This document shows, one piece after another, positions 35,472 to 50,400 of a stretch of DNA of 64,000 bases. The stretch's first letter is position 1, and each line of letters opens with the position of its first letter. The DNA comes from Nemertoderma westbladi (taxonomy: Eukaryota > Animalia > Xenacoelomorpha): contig JAUCBJ010006703.1 of assembly GCA_032718475.1 (NCBI GenBank), positions 1-64,000 on the forward strand, in the 5' to 3' direction. The notes beneath the pieces were generated by a model, which was given only the letters and a program-made list of their open reading frames with translations, was not told where the DNA came from and made no database searches. The translations under genes were made by a program, and so were the position numbers.

Positions 35472-38400
35472 GTGGAGACGGAGTGGGAAGTACAGGAGGA
35501 TCTGTGGAGGGTGTGGGAGACGGAGTGGGAAGTACAGGAGGATCTGTGGAGGGTGTGGGAGACGGAGTGGGAAGTACAGGAGGATCTGTGGAGGATGTGG
35601 GAGACGGAGTGGGAAGTACAGGAGGATCTGTGGAGGATGTGGGAGACGGAGTGGGAAGCTCAGGAGGATCTGTGAAGGATGTGGGAGACAGAGTGGGAAG
35701 CTCAGGAGGATCTGTGAAGGGTTTGGAGACGGAGTGGGAAGTAGAAGAGGATCTGTGGAGGGTGTGGGAGACGGAGTGGGAGGTATGGGGTGATCTGTGG
35801 AGGATGTGGGAGACGGAGTGGGAGGTATGGGGGGATCTGTGGTGTGGAGGGAGTGGGAGACGGAGTGTAAAGTACAGGAGGATCTGTGGAGGGTGTGGGA
35901 GACTGAGTGGGAAGTACAAGAGGATCTGTGGAGGGTGTGGGAGACGGAGTGGGAAATACAGGAGGATCTGTGGAGGGTGTGGGAGACGGAGTGGAAAGTA
36001 CAGGATGATCTGTGGAGGTGTGGGAGACGGAGTGGGAAGTGCAGGAGGGTCTGAGGAGGGCGTGGGAGACGGAATGGGAGGTATGGGGATCTGTGGAGGG
36101 TGTAGGAGGCGGAGTGGGAGGTATGGGGGATCTGTGGAGGGTGTGGGAGACGGAGTGGAAGGTATGGGGGGATCTGTGGTGTGGAGGGTGTGGGAGACGG
36201 AGTGTGAAGTACAAGAGGATCTATGGAGGGTGTGGGAGACGGAGTGGGAAATACAGGAGGATCTTTGCAGGGTGTGGGAGACGGAGTGGGTAGTACAGGA
36301 GGATCTGTGGAGGGTTTGGGAGACGGAGTGTGAAGTACAGGATGATCTGTGGAGGGTGTGGGAGACTGAGTGGGAAGTACAAGAGGATCTATGGAGGGTG
36401 TGGGAGACGGAGTGGGAAATACAGGAGGATCTTTGCAGGGTGTGGGAGACGGAGTGGGAAGTACAGGAAGGTCTGTGGAGGGTGTGGGAGAAGGTGACGG
36501 GCGGAAGTAGAGGCGGATCTGCGGATGATGCGGGAGAGGGAGTGGGAGGTATGGGGGGATCTGTGGAGGGTGTAGGAGACGGAGTGGGAGGTATGGGGGG
36601 GATCTGTGGAGGGTGTGGGAGACGGAGTGGGAGGTATGGGGGGATCTGTGGTGTGGAGGGTGTGGGAGACGGAGTGGGAAGTACAGGAGGGATCCGTGGA
36701 GGGTGTGGGAGACGGAGTGTGAAGTACAGGAGGATCTGTGGAGGGTGTGGGAGACGGAGTGGGAGGTATGGGGGGATATGTGGTGTGGAGGGTGTGGGAG
36801 TGGGAGACGGAGTGGGAAGTACAGGAGGATCTGTGGAGGTGTGGGAGACGGAGTGGGAAGTACAAGAGGATCTGTGGAGGGTGTGGGAGACGGAGTGGGA
36901 AATACAGGAGGATCTGTGGAGGATGTGGGAAACGGAGTGGGAAGCTCAGGAGGATCTGTGAAGGGTTTGGAGACGGAGTGGGAAGTAGAAGAGGATCTGT
37001 GGAGGGTGTGGGAGACGGAGTGGGAGGTATGGGGGGGATCTGTGGAGGGTGTGGGAGTCGGAGTGGGAGGTATGGGGGGATCTGTGGAGGATGTGGGAGA
37101 CGGAGTGGGAGGTATGGGGGGATCTGTGGTGTGGAGGGAGTGGGAGACGGAGTGTAAAGTACAGGAGGATCTGTGGAGGGTGTGGGAGACTGAGTGGGAA
37201 GTACAAGAGGATCTGTGGAGGGTGTGGGAGACGGAGTGGGAAATACAGGTGGATCTGTGGAGGGTGTGGGAGACGGAGTGGAAAGTACAGGATGATCTGT
37301 GGAGGTGTGGGAGACGGAGTGGGAAGTGCAGGAGGGTCTGAGGAGGGCGTGGGAGACGGAATGGGAGGTATGGGGATCTGTGGAGGGTGTAGGAGGCGGA
37401 GTGGGAGGTATGGGGGATCTGTGGAGGGTGTGGGAGACGGAGTGGGAGGTATGGGGGGATCTGTGGTGTGGAGGGTGTGGGAGACGGAGTGTGAAGTACA
37501 AGAGGATCTATGGAGGGTGTGGGAGACGGAGTGGGAAATACAGGAGGATCTTTGCAGGGTGTGGGAGACGGAGTGGGTAGTACAGGAGGATCTGTGGAGG
37601 GTTTGGGAGACGGAGTGTGAAGTACAGGATGATCTGTGAAGGGTGTGGGAGACTGAGTGGGAAGTACAAGAGGATCTATGGAGGGTGTGGGAGACGGAGT
37701 GGGAAATACAGGAGGATCTTTGCAGGGTGTGGGAGACGGAGTGGGAAGTACAGGAAGGTCTGTGGAGGGTGTGGGAGACGGTGACGGGCGGAAGTAGAGG
37801 CGGATCTGCGGATGATGCGGGAGAGGGAGTGGGAGGTATGGGGGGATCTGTGGAGGGTGTAGGAGACGGAGTGGGAGGTATGGGGGGATCTGTGGTGTGG
37901 AGGATGTGGGAGACGGAGTGGGAAGTACAGGAGGGATCCGTGGAGGGTGTGGGAGACGGAGTGTGAAGTACAGGAGGATCTGTGGAGGGTGTGGGAGACG
38001 GAGTGGGAGGTATGGGGGGATATGTGGTGTGGAGGGTGTGGGAGTGGGAGACGGAGTGGGAAGTACAGGAGGATCTGTGGAGGTGTGGGAGACGGAGTGG
38101 GAAGTACAAGAGGATCTGTGGAGGGTGTGGGAGACGGAGTGGGAAATACAGGAGGATCTGTGGAGGATGTGGGAAACGGAGTGGGAAGCTCAGGAGGATC
38201 TGTGAAGGGTTTGGAGACGGAGTGGGAAGTAGAAGAGCATCTGTGGAGGGTGTGGGAGACGGAGTGGGAGGTATGGGGGGGATCTGTGGAGGGTGTGGGA
38301 GTCGGAGTGGGAGGTATGGGGGGATCTGTGGTTCGGAGGGTGTGGGAGACGGAGTGGGAAGTACAGGAGGGATCCGTGGATGAAGTACAGGAAGGTCTGT

Positions 38401-41400
38401 GGAGGGTGTGGGAGACGGAGTGGGAGGTATGGGGGGGATCTGTGGAGGATGTGGGAGTCGGAGTGGGAGGTATGGGGGAATCTGTGGTTTGGAGGGTGTG
38501 GGAGACGGAGTGGGAAGTACAGGAGGGATCCGTGGATGAAGTACAGGAAGGTCTGTGGAGGGTGTGGGAGACGGTGACGGAAGTACAGGCGGATCTGCGG
38601 AGGGTGTGGGAGACGGAGTGGGAGGTATGGGGGGATCTGTGGAGGGTGTGGGAGACGGAGTGGGAGGTATGGGGGGGATCTGTGGAGGGTGTGGGAGTCG
38701 GAGTGGGAGGTATGGGGGGATCTGTGGTTCGGAGGGTGTGGGAGACGGAGTGGGAAGTACAGGAGGGATCCGTGGATGAAGTACAGGAAGGTCTGTGGAG
38801 GGTGTGGGAGACGGAGTGGGAGGTATGGGGGGGATCTGTGGAGGGTGTGGGAGTCGGAGTGGGAGGTATGGGGGAATCTGTGGTTTGGAGGGTGTGGGAG
38901 ACGGAGTGGGAAGTACAGGAGGGATCCGTGGATGAAGTACAGGAAGGTCTGTGGAGGGTGTGGGAGACGGTGACGGAAGTACAGGCGGATCTGCGGAGGG
39001 TGTGGGAGACGGAGTAGGAGGTATGGTGGGATCTGTGGACGATGTGGGAGACGGAGTGGGAGATATGGTGGGATCTGTGGACGATGTGGGAGACGGAGTG
39101 GGAGGTATGGGGGGATCTGTGGACGATGTGGGAGACGAAGTGGGAGGTATGGTGGGATCTGTGGACGATGTGGGAGACGGAGTGGGAGGTATGGTGGGAT
39201 CTGTGGACGATGTGGGAGACGTAGTTGGAGGTATGGTGGGATCTGTGGACGATGTGGGAGACGGAGTGGGAGGTATGGGGGGATCTGTGGACGATGTGGG
39301 AGACGGAGTGGGAGGTATGGTGGGATCTGTGGACGATGTGGGAGACGGAGTGGGAGGTATGGTGGGATCTGTGGACGATGTGGGAGACGGAGTGGGAGGT
39401 ATGGTGGGATCTGTGGACGATGTGGGAGACGAAGTGGGAGGTATGGTGGGATCTGTGGACGATGTGGGAGACGGAGTGGGAGGTATGGGGGGATCTGTGG
39501 ACGATGTGGGAGACGGAGTGGGAGGTATGGTGGGATCTGTGGACGATGTGGGAGACGGAGTGGGAGGTATGGGGGGATCTGTGGACGATGTGGGAGACGG
39601 TGTGGGAGGTATGGTGGGATCTGTGGACGATGTGGGAGACGGAGTGGGAGGTATGGTGGGATCTGTGGACGATGTGGGAGACGAAGTGGGAGGTATGGTG
39701 GGATCTGTGGACGATGTGGGAGATGGAGTGGGAGGTATGGTGGGATCTGTGGGAGACGGAGTGGGAGGTATGGGGGGATCTGTGGGAGACGGAGTGGGAG
39801 GTATGGTGGGATCTGTGGACGATGTGGGAGACGAAGTGGGAGGTATGGTGGGATCTGTGGACGATGTGGGAGACGGAGTGGGAGGTATGGTGGGATCTGT
39901 GGACGATGTGGGAGACGTAGTGGGAGGTATGGTGGGATCTGTGGACGATGTGGGAGACGAAGTGGGAGGTATGGTGGGATCTATGGACGATGTGGGAGAC
40001 GGAGTGGGAGGTATGGTGGGATCTGTGGACGATGTGGGAGACGGAGTGGGAGTTATGGTGGGATATGTGGACGATGTGGGAGACGGAGTGGGAGGTATGG
40101 GGGGATCTGTGGGAGAAGGAGTGGGAGGTATGGGGGGATCTGTGGGAGACGGAGTGGGAGGTATGGGGGGATCTATGGGAGACGGAGTGGGAGGTATGGG
40201 GGGATCTGTGGACGATGTGGGAGACGAAGTGGGAGGTATGGGGGGATCTGTGGACGATGTGGGAGACGAAGTGGGAGGTATGGGGGGATCTGTGGGAGAA
40301 GGAGTGGGAGGTATGGGGGGGATCTGTGGGAGACGGAGTGGGAGGTATGGTGGGATCTGTGGACGATGTGGGAGACGAAGTGGGAGGTATGGTGGGATCT
40401 GTGGACGATGTGGGAGACGAAGTGGGAGGTATGGTGGGATCTGTGGACGATGTGGGAGACGGAGTGGGAGATATGGTGGGATCTGTGGACGATGTGGGAG
40501 ACGGAGTGGGAGTTATGGTGGGATCTGTGGACGATGTGGGAGACGGAGTGGGAGGTATGGTGGGATCTGTGGACGATGTGGGAGACGAAGTGGGAGGTAT
40601 GGTGGGATCTGTGGACGATGTGGGAGACGGAGTGGGAGATATGGTAGGATCTGTGGACGATGTGGGAGACGGAGTGGGAGTTATGGTGGGATCTGTGGAC
40701 GATGTGGGAGACGGAGTGGGAGGTATGGTGGGATCTGTGGACGATGTGGGAGACGAAGTGGGAGGTATGGTGGGATCTGTGGACGATGTGGGAGACGGAG
40801 TGGGAGGTATGGTGGGATCTGTGGACGATGTGGGAGACGAAGTGGGAGGTATGGGGGGATCTGTGGACGATGTTGGAGACGAAGTGGGAGGTATGGGGGG
40901 ATCTGTGGACGATGTGGGAGACGGAGTGGGAGGTATGGTGGGATCTGTGGACGATGTGGGAGACGAAGTGGGAGGTATGGTGGGATCTGTGGACGATGTG
41001 GGAGACGGAGTGGGAGTTATGGTGGGATCTGTGGACGATGTGGGAGACGGAGTGGGAGGTATGGTGGGATCTGTGGACGATGTGGGAGACGAAGTGGGAG
41101 GTATGGGGGGATCTGTGGACGATGTGGGAGACGAAGTGGGAGGTATGGTGGGATCTGTGGACGATGTGGGAGACGGAGTGGGAGTTATGGTAGGATCTGT
41201 GGACGATGTGGGAGACAGAGTGGGAGGTATGGTGGGATCTGTGGACGATGTGGGAGACGGAGTGGGAGGTATGGGGGGATCTGTGGACGATGTGGGAGAC
41301 GGAGTGGAAGGTATGGTGGGATCTGTGGACGATGTGGGAGACGGAGTGGAAGGTATGGTGGGATCTGTGGACGATGTGGGAGACGGAGTGGGAGGTATGG

Positions 41401-44400
41401 TGGGATCTGTGGACGATGTGGGAGACGGAGTGGGAGTTATGGTGGGATATGTGGACGATGTGGGAGACGGAGTGGGAGGTATGGGGGGATCTGTGGGAGA
41501 AGGAGTGGGAGGTATGGGGGGATCTGTGGGAGACGGAGTGGGAGGTATGGGGGGATCTATGGGAGACGGAGTGGGAGGTATGGGGGGATCTGTGGACGAT
41601 GTGGGAGACGAAGTGGGAGGTATGGGGGGATCTGTGGACGATGTGGGAGACGAAGTGGGAGGTATGGGGGGATCTGTGGGAGAAGGAGTGGGAGGTATGG
41701 GGGGATCTGTGGGAGACGGAGTGGGAGGTATGGTGGGATCTGTGGACGATGTGGGAGACGAAGTGGGAGGTATGGTGGGATCTGTGGACGATGTGGGAGA
41801 CGAAGTGGGAGGTATGGTGGGATCTGTGGACGATGTGGGAGACGGAGTGGGAGATATGGTGGGATCTGTGGACGATGTGGGAGACGGAGTGGGAGTTATG
41901 GTGGGATCTGTGGACGATGTGGGAGACGGAGTGGGAGGTATGGTGGGATCTGTGGACGATGTGGGAGACGAAGTGGGAGGTATGGTGGGATCTGTGGACG
42001 ATGTGGGAGACGGAGTGGGAGATATGGTAGGATCTGTGGACGATGTGGGAGACGGAGTGGGAGTTATGGTGGGATCTGTGGACGATGTGGGAGACGGAGT
42101 GGGAGGTATGGTGGGATCTGTGGACGATGTGGGAGACGAAGTGGGAGGTATGGTGGGATCTGTGGACGATGTGGGAGACGGAGTGGGAGGTATGGTGGGA
42201 TCTGTGGACGATGTGGGAGACGAAGTGGGAGGTATGGGGGGATCTGTGGACGATGTTGGAGACGAAGTGGGAGGTATGGGGGGATCTGTGGACGATGTGG
42301 GAGACGGAGTGGGAGGTATGGTGGGATCTGTGGACGATGTGGGAGACGAAGTGGGAGGTATGGTGGGATCTGTGGACGATGTGGGAGACGGAGTGGGAGT
42401 TATGGTGGGATCTGTGGACGATGTGGGAGACGGAGTGGGAGGTATGGTGGGATCTGTGGACGATGTGGGAGACGAAGTGGGAGGTATGGGGGGATCTGTG
42501 GACGATGTGGGAGACGAAGTGGGAGGTATGGTGGGATCTGTGGACGATGTGGGAGACGGAGTGGGAGTTATGGTAGGATCTGTGGACGATGTGGGAGACA
42601 GAGTGGGAGGTATGGTGGGATCTGTGGACGATGTGGGAGACGGAGTGGGAGGTATGGGGGGATCTGTGGACGATGTGGGAGACGGAGTGGAAGGTATGGT
42701 GGGATCTGTGGACGATGTGGGAGACGAAGTGGGAGGTATGGTGGGATCTGTGGACGATGTGGGAGACGGAGTGGGAGTTATGGTGGGATCTGTGGATGGA
42801 TGTGGGAGACGGAGTGGGAGGTATGGTGGGATCTGTGGACGATGTGGGAGACGAAGTGGGAGGTATGGGGGGATCTGTGGACGATGTGGGAGACGAAGTG
42901 GGAGGTATGGTGGGTTCTGTGGACGATGTGGGAGACGGAGTGGGAGGTATGGGGGGATCTGTGGACGATGTGGGAGACGAAGTGGGAGGTATGGTGGGAT
43001 CTGTGGACGATGTGGGAAACGGAGTGGGAGGTATGGGGGGATCTGTGGACGATGTGGGAGACGAAGTGGGAGGTATGGTGGGATCTGTGGACGATGTGGG
43101 AGACGGAGTGGGAGTTATGGTGGGATCTGTGGACGATGTGGGAGACGGAGTGGGAGGTATGGTGGGATCTGTGGACGATGTGGGAGACGGAGTGGGAGGT
43201 ATGGTGGGATCTGTGGACGATGTGGGAGACGGAGTGGGAGGTATGGTGGGATCTGTGGACGATGTGGGAGACGAAGTGGGAGGTATGGTGGGATCTGTGG
43301 ACGATTTGGGAGACGGAGTGGGAGGTATGGTGGGATCTGTGGACGATGTGGGAGACGGAGTGGGAGGTATGGTGGGATCTGTGGACGATGTGGGAGACGA
43401 AGTGGGAGGTATGGTGGGATCTGTGGACGATGTGGGAGACGGAGTGGGAGGTATGGTGGGATCTGTGGACGATGTGGGAGACGAAGTGGGAGGTATGGTG
43501 GGATCTGTGGACGATGTGGGAGACGGAGTGGGAGGTATGGTGGGATCTGTGGACGATGTGGGAGACGAAGTGGGAGGTATGGTGGGATCTGTGGACGATG
43601 TGGGAGACGGAGTGGGAGGTATGGTGGGATCTGTGGACGATGTGGGAGACGAAGTGGGAGGTATGGTGGGATCTGTGGACGATGTGGGAGACGGAGTGGG
43701 AGTTATGGTGGGATCTGTGGACGATGTGGGAGACGGAGTGGGAGGTATGGTGGGATCTGTGGACGATGTGGGAGACGGAGTGGGAGGTATGGGGGGATCT
43801 GTGGACGATGTGGGAGACGAAGTGGGAGGTATGGTGGGATCTGTGGACGATGTGGGAGACGGAGTGGGAGGTATGGTGGGATCTGTGGACGATGTGGGAG
43901 ACGGAGTGGGAGGTATGGTGGGATCTGTGGACGATGTGGGAGACGGAGTGGGAGGTATGGGGGGATCTGTGGACGATGTGGGAGACGAAGTGGGAGGTAT
44001 GGTGGGATCTGTGGACGATGTGGGAGACGGAGTGGGAGGTATGGTGGGATCTGTGGACGATGTGGGAGACGGAGTGGGAGGTATGGGGGGATCTGTGGGA
44101 GACGGAGTGGGAGGTATGGGGGGATCTGTGGACGATGTGGGAGACGAAGTGGGAGGTATGGGGGGATCTGTGGACGATGTGGAAGACGAAGTGGGAGGTA
44201 TGGGGGGATCTGTGGACGATGTGGGAGACGGAGTGGGAGTTATGGTGGGATCTGTGGACGATGTGGGAGACGGAGTGGGAGTTATGGTGGGATCTGTGGA
44301 CGATGTGGGAGACGGAGTGGGAGGTATGGTGGGATCTGTGGACGATGTGGGAGACGGAGTGGGAGGTATGGTGGGATCTGTGGACGATGTGGGAGACGAA

Positions 44401-47400
44401 GTGGGAGGTATGGTGGGATCTGTGGACGATGTGGGAGACGGAGTGGGAGTTATGGTGGTATCTGTGGACGATGTGGGAGACGGAGTGGGAGGTATGGTGG
44501 GATCTGTGGACGATGTGGGAGACGGAGTGGGAGGTATGGGGGGATCTGTGGACGATGTGGGAGACGAAGTGGGAGGTATGGTGGGATCTGTGGACGATGT
44601 GGGAGACGGAGTGGGAGGTATGGTGGGATCTGTGGACGATGTGGGAGACGTAGTGGGAGGTATGGTGGGATCTGTGGACGATGTGGGAGACAGAGTGGGA
44701 GGTATGGGGGGATCTGTGGACGATGTGGGAGACGGAGTGGGAGGTATGGTGGGATCTGTGGACGATGTGGGAGACGGAGTGGGAGGTATGGTGGGATCTG
44801 TGGACGATGTGGGAGACGGAGTGGGAGGTATGGTGGGATCTGTGGACGATGTGGGAGACGAAGTGGGAGGTATGGTGGGATCTGTGGACGATGTGGGAGA
44901 CGGAGTGGGAGGTATGGGGGGATCTGTGGACGATGTGGGAGACGGAGTGGGAGGTGTGGTGGGATCTGTGGACGATGTGGGAGACGGAGTGGGAGGTATG
45001 GGGGGATCTGTGGACGATGTGGGAGACGGAGTGGGAGGTATGGTGGGATCTGTGGACGATGTGGGAGACGGAGTGGGAGGTATGGTGGGATCTGTGGACG
45101 ATGTGGGAGACGAAGTGGGAGGTATGGTGGGATCTGTGGACGATGTGGGAGATGGAGTGGGAGGTATGGTGGGATCTGTGGGAGACGGAGTGGGAGGTAT
45201 GGGGGGATCTGTGGGAGACGGAGTGGGAGGTATGGTGGAATCTGTGGACGATGTGGGAGACGAAGTGGGAGGTATGGTGGGATCTGTGGACGATGTGGGA
45301 GACGGAGTGGGAGGTATGGTGGGATCTGTGGACGATGTGGGAGACGTAGTGGGAGGTATGGTGGGATCTGTGGACGATGTGGGAGACGAAGTGGGAGGTA
45401 TGGTGGGATCTGTGGACGATGTGGGAGACGGAGTGGGAGGTATGGTGGGATCTGTGGACGATGTGGGAGACGGAGTGGGAGTTATGGTGGGATCTGTGGA
45501 CGATGTGGGAGACGGAGTGGGAGGTATGGGGGGATCTGTGGGAGACGGAGTGGGAGGTATGGGGGGATCTGTGGGAGACGGAGTGGGAGGTATGGGGGGA
45601 TCTGTGGGAGACGGAGTGGGAGGTATGGGGGGATCTGTGGACGATGTGGGAGACGAAGTGGGAGGTATGGGGGGATCTGTGGACGATGTGGAAGACGAAG
45701 TGGGAGGTATGGGGGGATCTGTGGACGATGTGGGAGACGGAGTGGGAGTTATGGTGGGATCTGTGGACGATGTGGGAGACGGAGTGGGAGTTATGGTGGG
45801 ATCTGTGGACGATGTGGGAGACGGAGTGGGAGGTATGGTGGGATCTGTGGACGATGTGGGAGACGGAGTGGGAGGTATGGTGGGATCTGTGGACGATGTG
45901 GGAGACGGAGTGGGAGGTATGGTGGGATCTGTGGACGATGTGGGAGACGAAGTGAGAGGTATGGTGGGATCTGTGGACGATGTGGGAGATGGAGTGGGAG
46001 GTATGGTGGGATCTGTGGACGATGTGGGAGACGAAGTGGGAGGTATGGTGGGATCTGTGGACGATGTGGGAGACGGAGTGGGAGGTATGGTGGGATCTGT
46101 GGACGATGTGGGAGACGAAGTGGGAGGTATGGTGGGATCTGCGGACGATGTGGGAGACGGAGTGGGAGTTATGGTGGGATCTGTGGACGATGTGGGAGAC
46201 GGAGTGGGAGGTATGGTGGGATCTGTGGACGATGTGGGAGACGGAGTGGGAGGTATGGGGGGATCTGTGGACGATGTGGGAGACGAAGTGGGAAGTATGG
46301 TGGGATCTGTGGACGATGTGGGAGACGGAGTGGGAGGTATGGTGGGATCTGTGGACGATGTGGGAGACGAAGTGGGAGGTATGGTGGGATCTGTGGACGA
46401 TGTGGGAGACGGAGTGGGAGATATGGTGGGATCTGTGGACGATGTGGGAGACGGAGTGGGAGTTATGGTGGGATCTGTGGACGATGTGGGAGATGGAGTG
46501 GGAGGTATGGTGGGATCTGTGGACGATGTGGGAGACGAAGTGGGAGGTATGGTGGGATCTGTGGACGATGTGGGAGACGGAGTGGGAGGTATGGTGGGAT
46601 CTGTGGACGATGTGGGAGACGAAGTGGGAGGTATGGGGGGATCTGTGGACGATGTGGGAGACGAAGTGGGAGGTATGGGGGGATCTGTGGACGATGTGGG
46701 AGACGGAGTGGGAGGTATGGTGGGATCTGTGGACGATGTGGGAGACGAAGTGGGAGGTATGGTGGGATCTGTGGACGATGTGGGAGACGGAGTGGGAGTT
46801 ATGGTGGGATCTGTGGACGATGTGGGAGACGGAGTGGGAGGTATGGTGGGATCTGTGGACAATGTGGGAGACGAAGTGGGAGGTATGGGGGGATCTGTGG
46901 ACGATGTGGGAGACGAAGTGGGAGGTATGGTGGGATCTGTGGACGATGTGGGAGACGGAGTGGGAGTTATGGTAGGATCTGTGGACGATGTGGGAGACAG
47001 AGTGGGAGGTATGGTGGGATCTGTGGACGATGTGGGAGACGGAGTGGGAGGTATGGGGGGATCTGTGGACGATGTGGGAGACGGAGTGGAAGGTATGGTG
47101 GGATCTGTGGACGATGTGGGAGACGAAGTGGGAGGTATGGTGGGATCTGTGGACGATGTGGGAGACGGAGTGGGAGTTATGGTGGGATCTGTGGACGGAT
47201 GTGGGAGACGGAGTGGGAGGTATGGTGGGATCTGTGGACGATGTGGGAGACGAAGTGGGAGGTATGGGGGGATCTGTGGACGATGTGGGAGACGAAGTGG
47301 GAGGTATGGTGGGTTCTGTGGACGATGTGGGAGACGGAGTGGGAGGTATGGGGGGATCTGTGGACGATGTGGGAGACGAAGTGGGAGGTATGGTGGGATC

Positions 47401-50400
47401 TGTGGACGATGTGGGAAATGGAGTGGGAGGTATGGGGGGATCTGTGGACGATGTGGGAGACGAAGTGGGAGGTATGGTGGGATCTGTGGACGATGTGGGA
47501 GACGGAGTGGGAGTTATGGTGGGATCTGTGGACGATGTGGGAGACGGAGTGGGAGGTATGGTGGGATCTGTGGAGGATGTGGGAGACGGAGTGGGAGGTA
47601 TGGTGGGATCTGTGGACGATGTGGGAGACGAAGTGGGAGGTATGGTGGGATCTGTGGTCGATTTGGGAGACGGAGTGGGAGGTATGGTGGGATCTGTGGA
47701 CGATGTGGGAGACGGAGTGGGAGGTATGGTGGGATCTGTGGACGATGTGGGAGACGAAGTGGGAGGTATGGTGGGATCTGTGGACGATGTGGGAGACGGA
47801 GTGGGAGGTATGGTGGGATCTGTGGACGATGTGGGAGACGAAGTGGGAGGTATGGTGGGATCTGTGGACGATGTGGGAGACGGAGTGGGAGGTATGGTGG
47901 GATCTGTGGACGATGTGGGAGACGAAGTGGGAGGTATGGTGGGATCTGTGGACGATGTGGGAGACGGAGTGGGAGGTATGGTGGGATCTGTGGACGATGT
48001 GGGAGACGAAGTGGGAGGTATGGTGGGATCTGTGGACGATGTGGGAGACGGAGTGGGAGTTATGGTGGGATCTGTGGACGATGTGGGAGACGGAGTGGGA
48101 GGTATGGTGGGATCTGTGGACGATGTGGGAGACGGAGTGGGAGGTATGGGGGGATCTGTGGACGATGTGGGAGACGAAGTGGGAGGTATGGTGGGATCTG
48201 TGGACGATGTGGGAGACGGAGTGGGAGGTATGGTGGGATCTGTGGACGATGTGGGAGACGGAGTGGGAGGTATGGTGGGATCTGTGGACGATGTGGGAGA
48301 CGGAGTGGGAGGTATGGGGGGATCTGTGGACGATGTGGGAGACGAAGTGGGAGGTATGGTGGGATCTGTGGACGATGTGGGAGACGGAGTGGGAGGTATG
48401 GTGGGATCTGTGGACGATGTGGGAGACGGAGTGGGAGGTATGGGGGGATCTGTGGGAGACGGAGTGGGAGGTATGGGGGGATCTGTGGACGATGTGGGAG
48501 ACGAAGTGGGAGGTATGGGGGGATCTGTGGACGATGTGGAAGACGAAGTGGGAGGTATGGGGGGGATCTGTGGACGATGTGGGAGACGGAGTGGGAGTTA
48601 TGGTGGGATCTGTGGACGATGTGGGAGACGGAGTGGGAGTTATGGTGGGATCTGTGGACGATGTGGGAGACGGAGTGGGAGGTATGGTGGGATCTGTGGA
48701 CGATGTGGGAGACGGAGTGGGAGGTATGGTGGGATCTGTGGACGATGTGGGAGACGAAGTGGGAGGTATGGTGGGATCTGTGGACGATGTGGGAGACGGA
48801 GTGGGAGTTATGGTGGTATCTGTGGACGATGTGGGAGACGGAGTGGGAGGTATGGTGGGATCTGTGGACGATGTGGGAGACGGAGTGGGAGGTATGGGGG
48901 GATCTGTGGACGATGTGGGAGACGAAGTGGGAGGTATGGTGGGATCTGTGGACGATGTGGGAGACGGAGTGGGAGGTATGGTGGGATCTGTGGACGATGT
49001 GGGAGACGTAGTGGGAGGTATGGTGGGATCTGTGGACGATGTGGGAGACGGAGTGGGAGGTATGGGGGGATCTGTGGACGATGTGGGAGACGGAGTGGGA
49101 GGTATGGTGGGATCTGTGGACGATGTGGGAGACGGAGTGGGAGGTATGGTGGGATCTGTGGACGATGTGGGAGACGGAGTGGGAGGTATGGTGGGATCTG
49201 TGGACGATGTGGGAGACGAAGTGGGAGGTATGGTGGGATCTGTGGACGATGTGGGAGACGGAGTGGGAGGTATGGGGGGATCTGTGGACGATGTGGGAGA
49301 CGGAGTGGGAGGTGTGGTGGGATCTGTGGACGATGTGGGAGACGGAGTGGGAGGTATGGGGGGATCTGTGGACGATGTGGGAGACGGAGTGGGAGGTATG
49401 GTGGGATCTGTAGACGATGTGGGAGACGGAGTGGGAGGTATGGTGGGATCTGTGGACGATGTGGGAGACGAAGTGGGAGGTATGGTGGGATCTGTGGACG
49501 ATGTGGGAGATGGAGTGGGAGGTATGGTGGGATCTGTGGGAGACGGAGTGGGAGGTATGGGGGGATCTGTGGGAGACGGAGTGGGAGGTATGGTGGGATC
49601 TGTGGACGATGTGGGAGACGAAGTGGGAGGTATGGTGGGATCTGTGGACGATGTGGGAGACGGAGTGGGAGGTATGGTGGGATCTGTGGACGATGTGGGA
49701 GACGTAGTGGGAGGTATGGTGGGATCTGTGGACGATGTGGGAGACGAAGTGGGAGGTATGGTGGGATCTGTGGACGATGTGGGAGACGGAGTGGGAGGTA
49801 TGGTGGGATCTGTGGACGATGTGGGAGACGGAGTGGGAGTTATGGTGGGATCTGTGGACGATGTGGGAGACGGAGTGGGAGGTATGGGGGGATCTGTGGG
49901 AGACGGAGTGGGAGGTATGGGGGGATCTGTGGGAGACGGAGTGGGAGGTATGGGGGGATCTGTGGGAGACGGAGTGGGAGGTATGGGGGGATCTGTGGAC
50001 GATGTGGGAGACGAAGTGGGAGGTATGGGGGGATCTGTGGACGATGTGGAAGACGAAGTGGGAGGTATGGGGGGATCTGTGGACGATGTGGGAGACGGAG
50101 TGGGAGTTATGGTGGGATCTGTGGACGATGTGGGAGACGGAGTGGGAGTTATGGTGGGATCTGTGGACGATGTGGGAGACGGAGTGGGAGGTATGGTGGG
50201 ATCTGTGGACGATGTGGGAGACGCGGAGTGGGAGGTATGGTGGGATCTGTGGACGATGTGGGAGACGGAGTGGGAGGTATGGTGGGATCTGTGGACGATG
50301 TGGGAGACGAAGTGGGAGGTATGGTGGGATCTGTGGACGATGTGGGAGACGGAGTGGGAGGTATGGTGGGATCTGTGGACGATGTGGGAGACGAAGTGGG